Origin: Azolla caroliniana | Taxonomy: Eukaryota; Plantae; Polypodiophyta | NCBI GenBank assembly: GCA_043228905.1 | Contig: JBHGNT010000012.1 | Span: forward strand, 3,038,001-3,102,000 | DNA length: 64,000 bases | Direction of reading: 5' to 3' | Shown: one piece after another, positions 12,451-24,601 of the stretch | How positions within the stretch are numbered: position 1 is the first letter of the stretch | Layout: each line of letters starts with the position of its first letter | Notes under the pieces: generated by a model | Told to the model about the DNA's origin: nothing | The model's input: only the letters and a program-made list of their open reading frames with translations | The model's database searches: none | Program-made: the position numbers and the translations under genes

Positions 12451-15400
12451 AAAGACTCTTTATTCCATAAAGCAACAAAATACAACACCCAACCTTACAA
12501 AAAGGTTACAAGGTCACTATATATAGCAACCGACTTAGGGCAACTACCCTTTATGCTAATTACACAAATGGCCCAAAGGGATAGTGTGAATACGTCCATT
12601 ATACACTTGTATTCGACACTCCCCCGTAATGGGCGTATACATGGGTTATCTAAGATTGCAGGTGTAAACTTAGGTTCTCGGACATATCAGTTTGTTCGAG
12701 TCGGCAGGGTCCGAAGGCAGAAGACCGAACTGGTCGGGTCGGAAGTGTCGAAGCCGATCATTAAGGAACTGATGTCGGTTGTCGGAAACCATCCTGCGCT
12801 GTGTCCGGCTCTAACCGGACTGGTTTGTCGTTACGCCCATCTGATGCCGAAGAGACCGAAAGCGGTCTGCCGAAAGACACTTGGTCATTCCATCTGCGAC
12901 ATTGTCGGTTGTGGATATTTTCTCTAGACCGATTTTCCCTGAAATGACGCAGTCCCGAACGAAGTGATATCGAACGTCGATATGTTTGGAGGCGTTGTGG
13001 TGAACCGGATTTTTTGACAAGGCAACAGCACCTTGACTGTCGCTGTAGACAACTGGAGCCGAGTCATGGTCGACTTGCCGAAACGTGTGCGCCAGCCGGC
13101 CGAGCCACAAAGCTTCTTTTGCAGCGTCGGACGCAGCTACATATTCTGCTTCAGTCGTTGAGGTCGCTGTGCACTCCTGAAGTTTCGACTTCCACGAAAT
13201 TGCTCCATTGCCGAATTTGAAGCAGTATCCGGTTGTTGATTTCCGACTGTCTATACAGCCGGCGAAGTCCGAGTCGGTGTAACCGACTACGCCTGAGGTT
13301 CGGTTCGGACCGAAAAGAATGCCGTGGTCTTTTGTGCCAGCCAGATATCTGAACACATGCTTGACTGCGTTCCAATGCGATCGGCCAGGATTGTGCATAA
13401 ATCTGCTAACGACTCCTACGGCATGAGAAATATCAGGCCGTGTCGCGACCATCAGGTACATAAGGGAGCCGACTGCCGGTGCATACGGTACCGACTTCAT
13501 ATCTTCCCCCTCCGAACCGGATGTCGGGCAGTCTCGCTGAGAGAGCCGAAGATTCATGGGGAGCGGGGTTGAAGCAGATTTGGCTGATTGCATGTTGAAG
13601 CGTTCCAAGACACGTCCGATATAGTCGGTCTGAGACAAAAAGAGATGTCGTTTATCGCGATGCCGACTAATCTTCATGCCGAGTATGTGTCGTGCCGGAC
13701 CGAGGTCCTTCATGGCAAACTTCAACCGCAGTTGCCGAATGAGATCGGCAAGTTCGCCCGCGTGGCGTCCAGAAATTATCATGTCGTCCACGTAAATGAT
13801 GAGGAAGATGGGTGATCCATCTTGAGCTGTGTTGGTGAAGAGACAATGGTCCTCATCGCTTTTTGAGAAGCCGATCGATTGGATGAAGTCGTCGAACTTC
13901 TTGTACCATTGTCGCGGTGCCTGTTTGAGGCCGTATAGACTCTTCCTGAGTCGGCAGACTAGATGTTCTTGGCCAGTCGCCACGAAGCCTTTTGGCTGCT
14001 CCATATAAATTTCCTCGTCAAGATCACCATGGAGGAAGGCTGTTTTGACATCTAGCTGAATCAGCTCCAAGTTGTCGGCTGCCACTACGCCGAGTAGGAA
14101 ACGAAGGGTTGTCATTTTCACCACAGGTGAAAAAATCTCGTCGAAGTCGACGCCATATTCTTGTCGGAAGCCCTTCGCAACTAATCTGGCCTTGTACTTT
14201 GGGGTGGTCGAATCAGACGTCTCTTTTAGTCGATAAACCCACTTGCAAGGAAGAGCACGTCGGTTCCTAGGTAATTCGACCAGATCCCAAGTCTTGTTTG
14301 CCCGGATGGAGTGCATTTCCGACTCCATCGCCAGATGCCAGGTGGCTGAATCGACAGATGTCGATGCTTCTTCGTAAGACGTCGGTTCGCCGGCGTCGGT
14401 GAAGAAAATTCCAGGAGAATACCTCTCCGGAGGTTGCGACAGTCTCTCGGATCGTCGAGGTATGATTGGATTGGTCGCATCGGGTATCGAGGTCGGATGG
14501 TCCGAAAGCGAATCATTCGGCTGTGCCGAGTCGGAGTTGTCCGAGTCGGGAGTGTAAGGTTCAGCTACCCGTGAAGCTGACCGTGTGTTAAGAGCGGGGC
14601 CTTCTTGAAGGGTCGGCACATCGGAAAATGTTACCCTTCGGACTTCGGTCGGTGTTTCGACTGATGGAGTCATAGCCGACTCGTTGAACACAACGTCCGA
14701 ACTTCGAACGATTTGTCTGCGTTCGGGGTCCCAGAGTCGGTATCCCATTTCGCCGTCTGATCCATATCCAAGGAAAATGCATTTCCTGGACCGAGGTGCA
14801 AGTTTTCGGCGATCATCTTTCGGAATAAGGGCGTACGCCTCGCATCCGAAGATCCTCAGCTTGTCGTAATTCGGCTTACTGCCGATCCATAGTTCCTGAG
14901 GAATTTGAAGTCCTAGAGGTCTGCTTGGCGACATATTGATTATGTGTACTGCCGTGAGTAGAGCCTCTGCCCAGAAGCCATCCGACAGTCCGGAGTGTTG
15001 GAGCATGGAAACTATCCGTTCTTGGATTGTCCGATTCATTCGTTCTGCAATCCCGTTTTGCTCCGGACTGTGTGGTGCCGTAAATTCACGTCGGATGCCG
15101 CGTTGTCGGCAGAATTTGACGAATTCCTCGGATTTGAACTCTCCCCCATTATCGGTCCGAAAGCATTTCAGTTTTCGGTCGGTTTGATTTTCTACCATAG
15201 CGAGCCAATCGGAGAAGATCGAGAAGACACGATCTTTGGTGCGAATTGGATAAGCCCACACCTTTCGAGTCGAATCGTCAATAAAACTGACGAAGTAAGA
15301 GGCACCGCCAAGAGACTGATGCGGCATTGGGCCACAGACGTCCGAGTGGACTAAATCGAGAGGTCTCGTTTCTCTTGGTGCTGATGTCGGGTGTGATGCG

Positions 15401-17625
15401 GCTGCTTGTTTGCCATACTGGCAATGCTCGCAGAATTGATGGTCGGAGAAGGAGAGTTTGGGGATGTACCCGGCTCTAGATAGATGCGTAATGCCGGCCT
15501 TGCTGAGGTGTCCTAATCTTCGGTGCCATAGTGATGACACAGGAATATCCACCAAAAACAGGTTACCCTCTCTGAGCGTAACATGTAACGGATACAGTGA
15601 GTGTATCTTGGGTCCTCTAGCAAGCAGGAGGTTCCCCCTGTGGAGTGTCCACCCTCCCGAAGAAAAACCGGCACGAATGCCGTCTTCATCTAGTTGTCCG
15701 ACTGAGATCAATGGCCTTGAGAGCTCGGGTACATGTCGGACATTGTGAAGTACAAGTGTAGAGCCACCTGCAAGGTTGAGCTCTACTGTGCCGATTCCAA
15801 TGATGTCGCAGTGTTGCGAGTTGCCGACTCGAACTGAGTCGGAGTGACGGATCGTATATTGCCAAAATTGGGATCGATGAGGAGTCACGTGAAATGACGC
15901 ACCCGAATCTAAGAGCCATGTGCTCGATTCTTCAGTCGTGAGCAGAACTTCTGATCCGACTGGATTTTCGATTGATAGTATATTCGGGTCGTTTGGTAGC
16001 ACATCAGCTGAGAAGCTGACGTAATTGATCTCCTCATGCCGGCCACTCTTCTTGTCTGATTTCTGAGACTTGTCGTTCTTGTTCTTGAGTGCGCGGCAGT
16101 CGGCTTTGATGTGTCCGGGTTTCTTGCAGTAGTTGCAGATTCGGTTATCCCGTGACTGGCTCCGTCTTCGCTGATTGTTCGGCGGTCGTGAGGAATCTCT
16201 TCCTCTTATGTTCGATCGGTCTGTCGAACCTTGTACTACATAAGCGTCGTCTGTTGAGTCTTTGGCGAAAGACTTTCTCCGAGCTGCTTCGGTCAGGATT
16301 GCGCTCGTGACTTCGGAGTATTTGACAGCCGTGGTTGACGCGTTGCACACGGTAGTGACGAAAGTTTCCCATGATGAGGGAAGGCTACTCATGAGTATCA
16401 TTGCTCTGAGTTCATCCTCGATTGCCGTCCCCTGAGATGAGATTTGGGAGCTTATGCTTTCGTACTCATTAAGGTGTGCTTGAACCGAATCGGATTCTTT
16501 CATCCGCAAGTTGTAGAGGCGCCGGATCAGAAACATCTTCGTTGCGGCGACCTTCTTTTCGTAAGTGTCCGACAGTGTTTTCCACAGTTCGAATGCTGTC
16601 GTACACGATTGCACCGTAAAATATACCGATTCCGATAGGTGCATCCGAATCGTGGCGCGGACGATTCTGTCCAGCTTCTGCCACTCAATTGGTTTGTATC
16701 CTTCTGGAGGTTCTTCATTTTCGATGGGATCGATTTGCCCCTTGATTATGAGATAGTCCTGCATTTGCTCCTTCCAGAAGTTAAAGTTCGATCCATCGAA
16801 CTTTCGTAGACTCATTTCTGACGAGCCGGATGTTGATGCCATCAAATTCGGTTTCGGTTGACGAAGCTCGGTTCGGAGTTGACTACGAACCTTGTTGGAG
16901 TGCAGCCGGTTGGCTCACCCGATATCGTTCTAGTCGGATTTGAACCCGAGTCGGTTCGGCTTCGGATATATGTACTGTTGAACTTGCTCGAATTGACTCC
17001 GGTAACTTGAGGGACAGAACCGACTGGTCTTCCCGAATGTTGCCGAGTCGGAGTGAGCCCGGTTCGCTTCGGATATGTATGCCGAATACCGATTATTGAA
17101 ACCGATTGTCTGGACCGATTCTGCTTCGGGTGACTGCAGCGACGAGAGAGACGGATCCAACTGATCCTCCAGAATGTCGATCAGCCGGATGAAGCACGAA
17201 TTGGGGTTGTTGTCTTGAGACCGATCTGCACCGAGTGGTTACAATGAGCGGCGAGCAACGTTTGTTGACCTCTTCGGATGCCGTTTAACCGAGTGGAGCA
17301 CGATCGTGTCAATGTTGCACAAGGGTATTTCACCTCGAGCGGTTACGATCACAAGGAACAGAGTACAACCGGCTGGCTTACTCCAAGCGAAGATGATCTA
17401 ACGCGATGAGATGCAAGCCTCGTTTTTTTTTTTCTTCTTCTCTCTTCTTCGAATGACGTAAGAAACCGAATGCTGTGCAGGCTGAGACGACGGCCGACAG
17501 CGGGTTGAAGGACCGAATACTGTGCAGGCTCTGATACCAGATGTTGGAGACAAAGTCGTCTATGCGGAAGATCAAGAAGCATTCGATTCTGTTCTGTACC
17601 TGCGTATGACAGTTTCTAGGTCGTT

Positions 17626-17681
<56 letters not shown>

Positions 17682-17850
17682 AAAAGACTCTTTATTCCAT
17701 AAAGCAACAAAATACAACACCCAACCTTACAAAAAGGTTACAAGGTCACTATATATAGCAATCGACTTAGGGCAACTACCCTTTATGCTAATTACACAAA
17801 TGGCCCAAAGGGATAGTGTGAATACGTCCATTATACACTTGTATTCGACA
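12326..17850 (-). mobile_element. Ty1/Copia element C (distinct family), full length; LTRs 12326-12618 and 17542-17850
   Basis: TSD GGGAG (12321-12325/17851-17855), PBS complement 17528-17539, PPT complement from 12619; LTRs differ by ~2 substitutions plus microsatellite length. Confidence 0.97.
12811..16842 (-). CDS. Intact Copia gag-pol polyprotein (~1343 aa)
   Basis: Single open frame: CNYCKKPGHIKADC, DSGAS, HSDVC..DNGGEF..ERMNRT, YVDD, KHIDVRYH. Confidence 0.96.
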   Translation of the reverse strand: MASTSGSSEMSLRKFDGSNFNFWKEQMQDYLIIKGQIDPIENEEPPEGYKPIEWQKLDRIVRATIRMHLSESVYFTVQSCTTAFELWKTLSDTYEKKVAATKMFLIRRLYNLRMKESDSVQAHLNEYESISSQISSQGTAIEDELRAMILMSSLPSSWETFVTTVCNASTTAVKYSEVTSAILTEAARRKSFAKDSTDDAYVVQGSTDRSNIRGRDSSRPPNNQRRRSQSRDNRICNYCKKPGHIKADCRALKNKNDKSQKSDKKSGRHEEINYVSFSADVLPNDPNILSIENPVGSEVLLTTEESSTWLLDSGASFHVTPHRSQFWQYTIRHSDSVRVGNSQHCDIIGIGTVELNLAGGSTLVLHNVRHVPELSRPLISVGQLDEDGIRAGFSSGGWTLHRGNLLLARGPKIHSLYPLHVTLREGNLFLVDIPVSSLWHRRLGHLSKAGITHLSRAGYIPKLSFSDHQFCEHCQYGKQAAASHPTSAPRETRPLDLVHSDVCGPMPHQSLGGASYFVSFIDDSTRKVWAYPIRTKDRVFSIFSDWLAMVENQTDRKLKCFRTDNGGEFKSEEFVKFCRQRGIRREFTAPHSPEQNGIAERMNRTIQERIVSMLQHSGLSDGFWAEALLTAVHIINMSPSRPLGLQIPQELWIGSKPNYDKLRIFGCEAYALIPKDDRRKLAPRSRKCIFLGYGSDGEMGYRLWDPERRQIVRSSDVVFNESAMTPSVETPTEVRRVTFSDVPTLQEGPALNTRSASRVAEPYTPDSDNSDSAQPNDSLSDHPTSIPDATNPIIPRRSERLSQPPERYSPGIFFTDAGEPTSYEEASTSVDSATWHLAMESEMHSIRANKTWDLVELPRNRRALPCKWVYRLKETSDSTTPKYKARLVAKGFRQEYGVDFDEIFSPVVKMTTLRFLLGVVAADNLELIQLDVKTAFLHGDLDEEIYMEQPKGFVATGQEHLVCRLRKSLYGLKQAPRQWYKKFDDFIQSIGFSKSDEDHCLFTNTAQDGSPIFLIIYVDDMIISGRHAGELADLIRQLRLKFAMKDLGPARHILGMKISRHRDKRHLFLSQTDYIGRVLERFNMQSAKSASTPLPMNLRLSQRDCPTSGSEGEDMKSVPYAPAVGSLMYLMVATRPDISHAVGVVSRFMHNPGRSHWNAVKHVFRYLAGTKDHGILFGPNRTSGVVGYTDSDFAGCIDSRKSTTGYCFKFGNGAISWKSKLQECTATSTTEAEYVAASDAAKEALWLGRLAHTFRQVDHDSAPVVYSDSQGAVALSKNPVHHNASKHIDVRYHFVRDCVISGKIGLEKISTTDNVADGMTKCLSADRFRSLRHQMGVTTNQSG

Positions 17851-17855
17851 GGGAG

Positions 17856-20757
17856 GCTAGACGATGAAGGCTACACAGGTAGCATCCGGAACGGCGTAAT
17901 GAAGTTCAGCAAGGGGAGCCTGATAGTGGCTCGGGCCCGGAAAGACAACACACTGTACCTGATGAATGCTCGGTTATGTCCGGAAGAGCTGAATGTGGCA
18001 GCTGACACTGCCGGTGAGCTGTGGCACAAAAGACTGTGCCACATGAGTGAGAAGGGGATGAAGAGGCTTGCAGAAGACAACCTTATTCCAGTGAAGCAAG
18101 TGCACCTGGAGAAGTGCATCGATTGCCTGGACGGCAAGCAGAACCGAACCTCCTTCCATTCAAGGCCACCGACGAGACATAGCGCACCATTGGAGTTGGT
18201 GCACACTGATGTGTGTCAGGTAGAAACGAAGTCACATGGCGGAGCCCAGTATTTCGTAACATTCATTGATGATCACAGCCGGAAGCTGTGGTCGGCACCG
18301 TTGAAGACAAAGGACCAAGTGTTGTGCGTCTTCAAAGAACTCCACGCGAGAGTGGAAAGGGAATCCGGCAAGAAACTGAAAGCGATACGAGCGGATAACG
18401 GAGGGGAATACCGGGGGCAGTTCCAGGAGTACTGTCGCTCGAAGGGAATCCGGCTCGAGTTTACTGTGCCGAAGACGCCGGAACTGAACGGGCTGGCCGA
18501 GAGGATGAACCGGACCATAATGGAGAGGGTCCGGAGTATGCTGGCGCATGCGAAATTACCCAAGGGGTTTTGGGCTGAGGCGATGTCAACGGCGACATAC
18601 GTGATAAATAGATCACCCTCAGTACCTTTGGACGGAGACACGCCGCAGAGAGTGTGGACCGGTAAGGAAGTGTCCTACCGGCATCTGAAGGTGTTCGGGT
18701 GTCTCGCATACGTGCATGTGGCAAAGGACCGGAGAGGAAAGCTAGATCCAAAGACCCGGCCATGCATATTCCTCGGTTACGACGACGATGAGTTCGGCTA
18801 CCGAGTATGGGACCCGGTCGAAAAGAAGATATTCAGGAGTCGAGACATCATCTTCATGGAGGACAAGACACTCGCCGACTGGGAGTCGGAGAAGAAGATG
18901 AAGAGCTCCAAGTCGACCGGTGAGGATCAACTCTACGAGGAGCAGTCCCGACCGGCAAGGGACCGGTTAGCACTCGAGGATCCGGCCGAAGACGGTGAAG
19001 AAACAGAACCGGCCGAAGAAGATGAAAATGATACCGGAACCGGCCCCGATCCCGAAATGGATTCGGATGAAGAAGAATCGGAAGAACCGGTTACCGAAGC
19101 TCCGGAACGGAGATATCCTCTAAGAGAGAGAAGGGCCCCCCGGAGATTTCCGGATCCAGAGCACGTGCTGCTAACCGACGAGGGGGAGCCGGAGAGCTTT
19201 GAAGAAGCAAAGCACGACACCCAGAGCCGCAGGTGGTTGATTGCCATGCAGGACGAGATGGATTCCCTGCATGAGAACCACACATATGAACTTGTGGAGT
19301 TGCCGAAAGGAAAGCGGGCACTTCGAAACAAGTGGGTGTTCAAGCTGAAACCGGGAGATGCCGGAAACCCCCCGAGATACAAAGCCAGGATCGTGGTGAA
19401 GGGGTTTCAGCAGAAGAAGGGCGTCGACTTCGATGAGATATTTGCCCCGGTAGTGAAGATGACCTCCATCCGGACGGTGCTGAGCATAGCGGCAAGCATG
19501 GACCTCGAGGTAGAACAGATGGACGTGAAGACGGCATTCCTTCACGGTGACCTCGATGAAGAGATCTACATGCAGCAACCGGAAGGATTCGAGAAGAAAG
19601 GGAAGGAGCACCTGGTATGCCGGTTGAAGAAGAGCCTTTACGGACTGAAGCAGGCTCCCCGGCAATGGTACCGGAAGTTCGACTCCTTCATGACCGACGA
19701 AGGGTACCTCAAAACGCAGTCTGACCACTGCGTGTTTGTGAAGAAGTTCGAAGGAGGAGACTTTCTAATACTCCTCCTGTACGTGGACGACATGTTGATC
19801 GTCGGACGGGACCAGGTCAAGATACGGATGCTGAAGAAGGCTCTTCACCGAACCTTCTCAATGAAGGACTTGGGTCCGGCGAGACAAATACTAGGGATGC
19901 ACATCATCCGGAACCGGAGCAAGGAGCAGTTGTGGCTGTCACAGGAGAAGTACGTGACAAAGGTGCTTAAACGGTTCAACATGTCGGAAGCAAGACCGGT
20001 CGGATCGACCCTCCCGGCAAACTGCAAGCTGTCCAGCAAGCAAAGTCCCAAGACAAAGGCTGAAAAGGAGGATATGATGAAAGTGCCGTATGCCTCAGCC
20101 GTCGGGAGCTTGATGTACGCCATGGTGTGTACGAGACCGGACATCGGATATGCAGTCGGAGTGGTGAGTCGGTACATGAGCAATCCCGGCAAAGATTATT
20201 GGAACGCGGCCAAGTGGATACTCCGATACCTGAAGGGCACGGCAAACGTGTGCCTCCGATTCGGCTCCGGTAAGCCCGAACTCGACGGCTTCACCGATTC
20301 GGATATGTCGGCTGATGCAGATACCAGCCGGTCCACATCAGGGTATGTGATGACGTATGCAGGGGGAGCCGTTTCGTGGCAGTCGAGGCTGCAGAAGACG
20401 GTTGCGTTGTCAACCACGGAGGCGGAGTACATGGCGGCTGTTGAAGCCGGCAAGGAAATAATATGGATGAAGGACTTCATTAGAGAGCTCGGTATCCAAC
20501 AGGAGGAGTACCGACTCTACTGCGACAGTCAGAGTGCCATCCACCTTGCGAAGAACGCGGCCTATCACTCCCGAACGAAGCACATCCAGCGAAGATATCA
20601 CTGGATCCGGGAAAGGATAGAAGACAAGGAGTTCGTGCTGACGAAGATCCACACGGACGAGAACGGGTCGGATATGCTGACCAAGGTGCTCACACCCGAC
20701 AAGCTGGAAGCATGCCGGAAGAGGATCGGATTGGAGAGACATCCCATGCCGAAGTGA
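17856..20757 (+). pseudogene. Copia B integrase-RT-RNase H, in frame with 11154-12325 once C is removed
   Basis: Rejoins as ISAGRLDDEG, as in A and F; no internal stops. Confidence 0.95.
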
Positions 20758-21739
20758 AGGGGGAGTTTGTTGGGTTTACGGTCCCTTTCGGATGGGATGG
20801 TCGGATGCCGAAGATGAATGCCGACAAGCCCGGTTTCGGTTTCGGAACCGGATGATGAAGACCCCGGTTTCGGAACCGGATGACGAATGTACCCGGAGAG
20901 AGATCCGAATGCGGGGACATATCTGCGAATATGTTTGCCAAGGGCCCTTGAGGCTATAGTTGTAAATAGCCCTAAAGTCATATGTGTATAAATATGACTT
21001 AGGGCAAACAGTTTTGTTGTTGTTGATCATTTTTCTGTTTTTCCACTCAAGAGGAGTGAAGAGTGAGCAGCCGTGAGAGAGAGAGAGAGATAGAGCGTGA
21101 GAGAGGAAGAGGACGACGCCTCTTTGTATTTCCGCCGCCTGTGGCGAGGACAGCGAGCTCAAGGTCGTCGCCTTGTAGCTCGCCATTGTATACTTCTCTG
21201 TGTATAGTGGTGGTTTGGAGTCTTGTACTCCCGTGGTTTTTCCCGTTTAGGGTTTTCCACGTTAATCCCTGCGTATTCGTGTTTCTCTCTGTGGTTTCCT
21301 ATTTTCTGCTGCATTGATTCGCGCTTACTCGGTTGTGGCCGAAGAGAAGAAGGAGAATCGAAGCGTCGATTCCCAACAAAACTGTCGCTGTTGTTGCTCA
21401 TTTTTCTGTGTATCGCCACTCTTATGTGTGCAAGAGAGTGAAGAGAGCAGCCGAGAGAGAGAGAGAGAGACGAAGAGGTCGTTGCCTCTGTGTATTACCG
21501 CCGCCTGTGGCGAGGACAGTGAGCTCAAGGTTGTTGCCTTGTAGCTCCACCATTGTACATCTCTGATTATAGTGATAGTTGGAGTTTGAGGACTCCCGTG
21601 GTTTTTTCCCATTAGGGTTTTCGACGTAAAACATCTTGTGCACTCTTCTCTCTATTGTCTTCGTGCATTTCGTATTTCCTGTTTTCTGTGAGTTGATCTT
21701 ATTCCTCGGTTGTGTCCGAGTACTGTGTTCAACAGTGGC

Positions 21740-21806
21740 CTATACTCACATCACCTAAGTCGAGAGGAGGATTGGGTCTTATTGATCCCCTCTCACAATC
21801 AAAAGC
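21740..21806 (+). pseudogene. 67-bp LINE ORF2 segment between Copia A and Copia D
   Basis: AKVVW|PILTSPKSRGGLGLIDPLSQSKA matches the conserved W...PK..GGLG motif of plant L1 ORF2. Confidence 0.9.
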
Positions 21807-23950
21807 TGTTGAGAATCAAGCTCAACTTGGTCTAGTGTGTGAACTCACCTTGAGGGTGAATAGACAATCCAATGGTCAAGAGTCACCATTATGTCACCTC
21901 TTTGTATTCTAGCATTTAGTATGAGTCATAGAATCATATTCTATGACACATAACTTATGAGCTTTCATATTCCCCATGCTCCATGAGTCTTGTAGTTAAT
22001 GAAGAGAGAGGGTGACTATATAAAGCACCCTCCTCCTACACACACTTTTACCTTGCGTATCCTCTGTGTCTTACTCCTGGTCTCTCTCACTCACTCACTC
22101 TCTCTCATATGCACACATAACTCACATCTATTCCGCTTCACAAGAATCGTATCCGATTCTTTACATGGTATCAGAGCGATTTGGTAGCTCGATCTAGCCC
22201 ATTCGCCTCATCGTGATCGTGTGTTGTGCTCCACACCGACGACCAAGAATTGGTTGATCGCTATCGTAGCTTCGCTACATAGTTCGCATTCAAAGAGAGA
22301 AGAAGAAGAAAAAGAATCGACATAATGAATACTCAAATGGGGAGCGCTCTTCTTACCGAGAAATTGGATCGAAACAACTTCGCATCCTGGGAGTACAAGA
22401 TGCACCAATACCTTGTCGGACAAGGCTATTGGAGCTACATTAAAGGAGCGCATGAAGACCGACTCGCCGAAGCGGCTCCCGGATACGTGACATGGGAGCA
22501 AGCCGCAAGCCGCATGATGTATTGCTTGGCGACATGTGTTCACAATCACATGCTCGGCTACATTCGCGAAGCCAAGACGCCGAAGGAGGCATGGGAAAAT
22601 CTACGAAAGATTTTCGCGGCGAACACAACCGCAAGAAGGCTTCAACTCCGCCAAGAGTTGAACAACATTCAACAAAGGGACATGTCCATCACGACATACA
22701 CCTTGAAGATCAAGGAGCTTTGCGATTCGCTCGGCTCAATAAGCGTAAATATCGATGATGATGATGAGATGGTTCAAATATGCCTCGACGGCCTCGCACC
22801 ACGGTTCGACGCGATGCAAACCGCCGTTCTAGCACGGGAGAAATCTCCCTCCTTCTTCAAGCTCCAATCAATGCTATTGGTCGAACAAAACCACGTGCGT
22901 ACAAGGAGCAATGAGTTGGAAGGCCACATGCTCTACACGCACTCGAATGGAGGAAGAGGACGCGGACGGCTGAGAGGCTGATTCGGCCAAGGACAAGGCG
23001 GACGAGGTTCGACCTACGATAACAACTCCCAATTTCGGCCACAAAACGGAAGCCAACGCGGAACCTTCACAAGAAGGGGGAGCTTCCACTCCGGCCCGAG
23101 CTGTCAAAATGCAACCAAATGCGAATATTGTGGAAAGCTCGGCCACCACGAAGAAGAGTGCCGAAAGAAGATGCGTGAATCGGCTTCCACAAGCCGACAA
23201 CTCACGAATTACGTGCACAATTCCGATTACGAAGAGTATAGCGGAATGTACGGGCACAACTCCGACTACGAGGATCGTGGCAGAATGTATGCATACAACT
23301 CCGACCGTGGCGGAATGTTCATGATGAAACATAGAGCAAACTCTATGTCGGCCTCTACCTCAACTAGTGCCCTCAATCCGGAGGACGTATGGTTTGTTGA
23401 CTCCGGAGCCTCAAACCATATGACATCCCATAAAGAATGGTTTCTCGAACTTCGAGAGCCAGAGCGACCCGGTTATGTCGAAACCGGAGATGACACTACT
23501 TACCCGACTCGGCACATCGGCAATGTTCCGTTCGGCGAAAGAGGTAAGCAAACATACATTAAAAATGTCTTGCATGTTCCTACCATCACGAAGAATTTGG
23601 TCTCGGTTGGCCAAATGGTTGAGCAAGGGATGCAAGTACGATTCGACCAAGAAGGGTGCTTCATTGAAAAAGAAGGCCGAATCATTGCACGCGGAAGAAG
23701 AGAGGGCCGGATGTTCATTCTCGATTCACACGAGATGAAATCCGCCATGTTCACGGAAAGCACGAAAGCCGACCTCGACATAGAGCTATGGCATAAGCGA
23801 ATCAGCCACATCAATCTCAACAAACTCAAAGCAATGAAAATGAAAGGAGTCGTCATTGGACTCCCGACATTCAAAGAGAAGGAGATTGAAGGTGTATGCG
23901 AAGCGTGCCAAATCGGCAAGCAACACCGACACCCATTTCCGAAAGAGCGG

Positions 23951-24601
23951 TGTCGCGTAGTTACGCGCGCGCGTGGAGAAACGAGGCAGGACCACCGGGG
24001 TCTTGAACCGAAGAGCAGGTGATAGGGGGGGAAAGAGAAAGAGAGAGACGTCCGGTTACGTATGAGCAAAGAAACACAGGACACGGCCCGTCAACGCAGA
24101 AAACACGAATGGACATAGAGACAGAGAGACACGAATGTTTGTATATTAACAGATGACACCAAAAACAACAGAGCACGCGAGCGGTTACAACCGCACAGGC
24201 CGGCGAACAGATGCCGATGCCTGTTCATCTGCGCATGAAAGGGGATAGGATGGAGGTGCTGCCGGAAGCACAAGGGCGTTCCTCGAAGCAGCGCGAGCCT
24301 CCCGAAAACCTGCAGAGAAGAGCAATAGAGGACAAACAGAGGAGAAGTGTTCGGTTACGGTCCGACAACACTTCGTCCTCCTCAATGCGCGATCCCCTTT
24401 CTCCCCGCGTCTCCCTCTCTTTTATAGCTTCAAGAAGGGAGCCGTTTTTCTCATTAACTTCCTACCTACCGAATCTAACTACCTGGGATCTACCTTTGTA
24501 CCCAATCCTCTATTATATACATTAAAGGGCGCACACGCATGAAGAGCCGGTTCGCGCGCGCCATACACTGATTGCGCGAAGGGACGGTTTTCTTCACGAC
24601 A
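23951..24601 (-). mobile_element. Solo LTR (651 bp, probably Gypsy-type) with 4-bp TSD GCGG
   Basis: TGTCG...CGACA ends; termini match the reverse complement of LTR 30158-30830; removal restores FPKERNVSKG of D. Confidence 0.85.

Larger units (their letters stand above)
10318..21378 (+). mobile_element. Ty1/Copia element B (same family as A) inserted in the 3' LTR of A; LTRs 10318-11123 and 20768-21378
   Basis: TSD AAACT (10313-10317/21379-21383), PBS 11127-11138, PPT before 20768. Confidence 0.97.
5157..21734 (+). mobile_element. Ty1/Copia LTR retrotransposon A (5' LTR 5157-5882; 3' LTR 9997-10317 + 21384-21734, split by element B)
   Basis: TG...CA LTRs, TSD GTGGC (5152-5156/21735-21739), PBS TGGTATCAGAGC 5886-5897, PPT 9987-9996. 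Confidence 0.97.

Noticed and set aside
17785-17850. Apparent novel N-terminus (MLITQMAQ...) on a 990-aa pol ORF
   Set aside because: Chance in-frame read from the antisense LTR of C into B pol.
21807-21819. TGTTGAGAATCAA shared by the D LTR start and the F LTR end (42266, 47001)
   Set aside because: Only 13 bp, at opposite LTR ends; the rest is unrelated. Consistent with common Copia att-site motifs.
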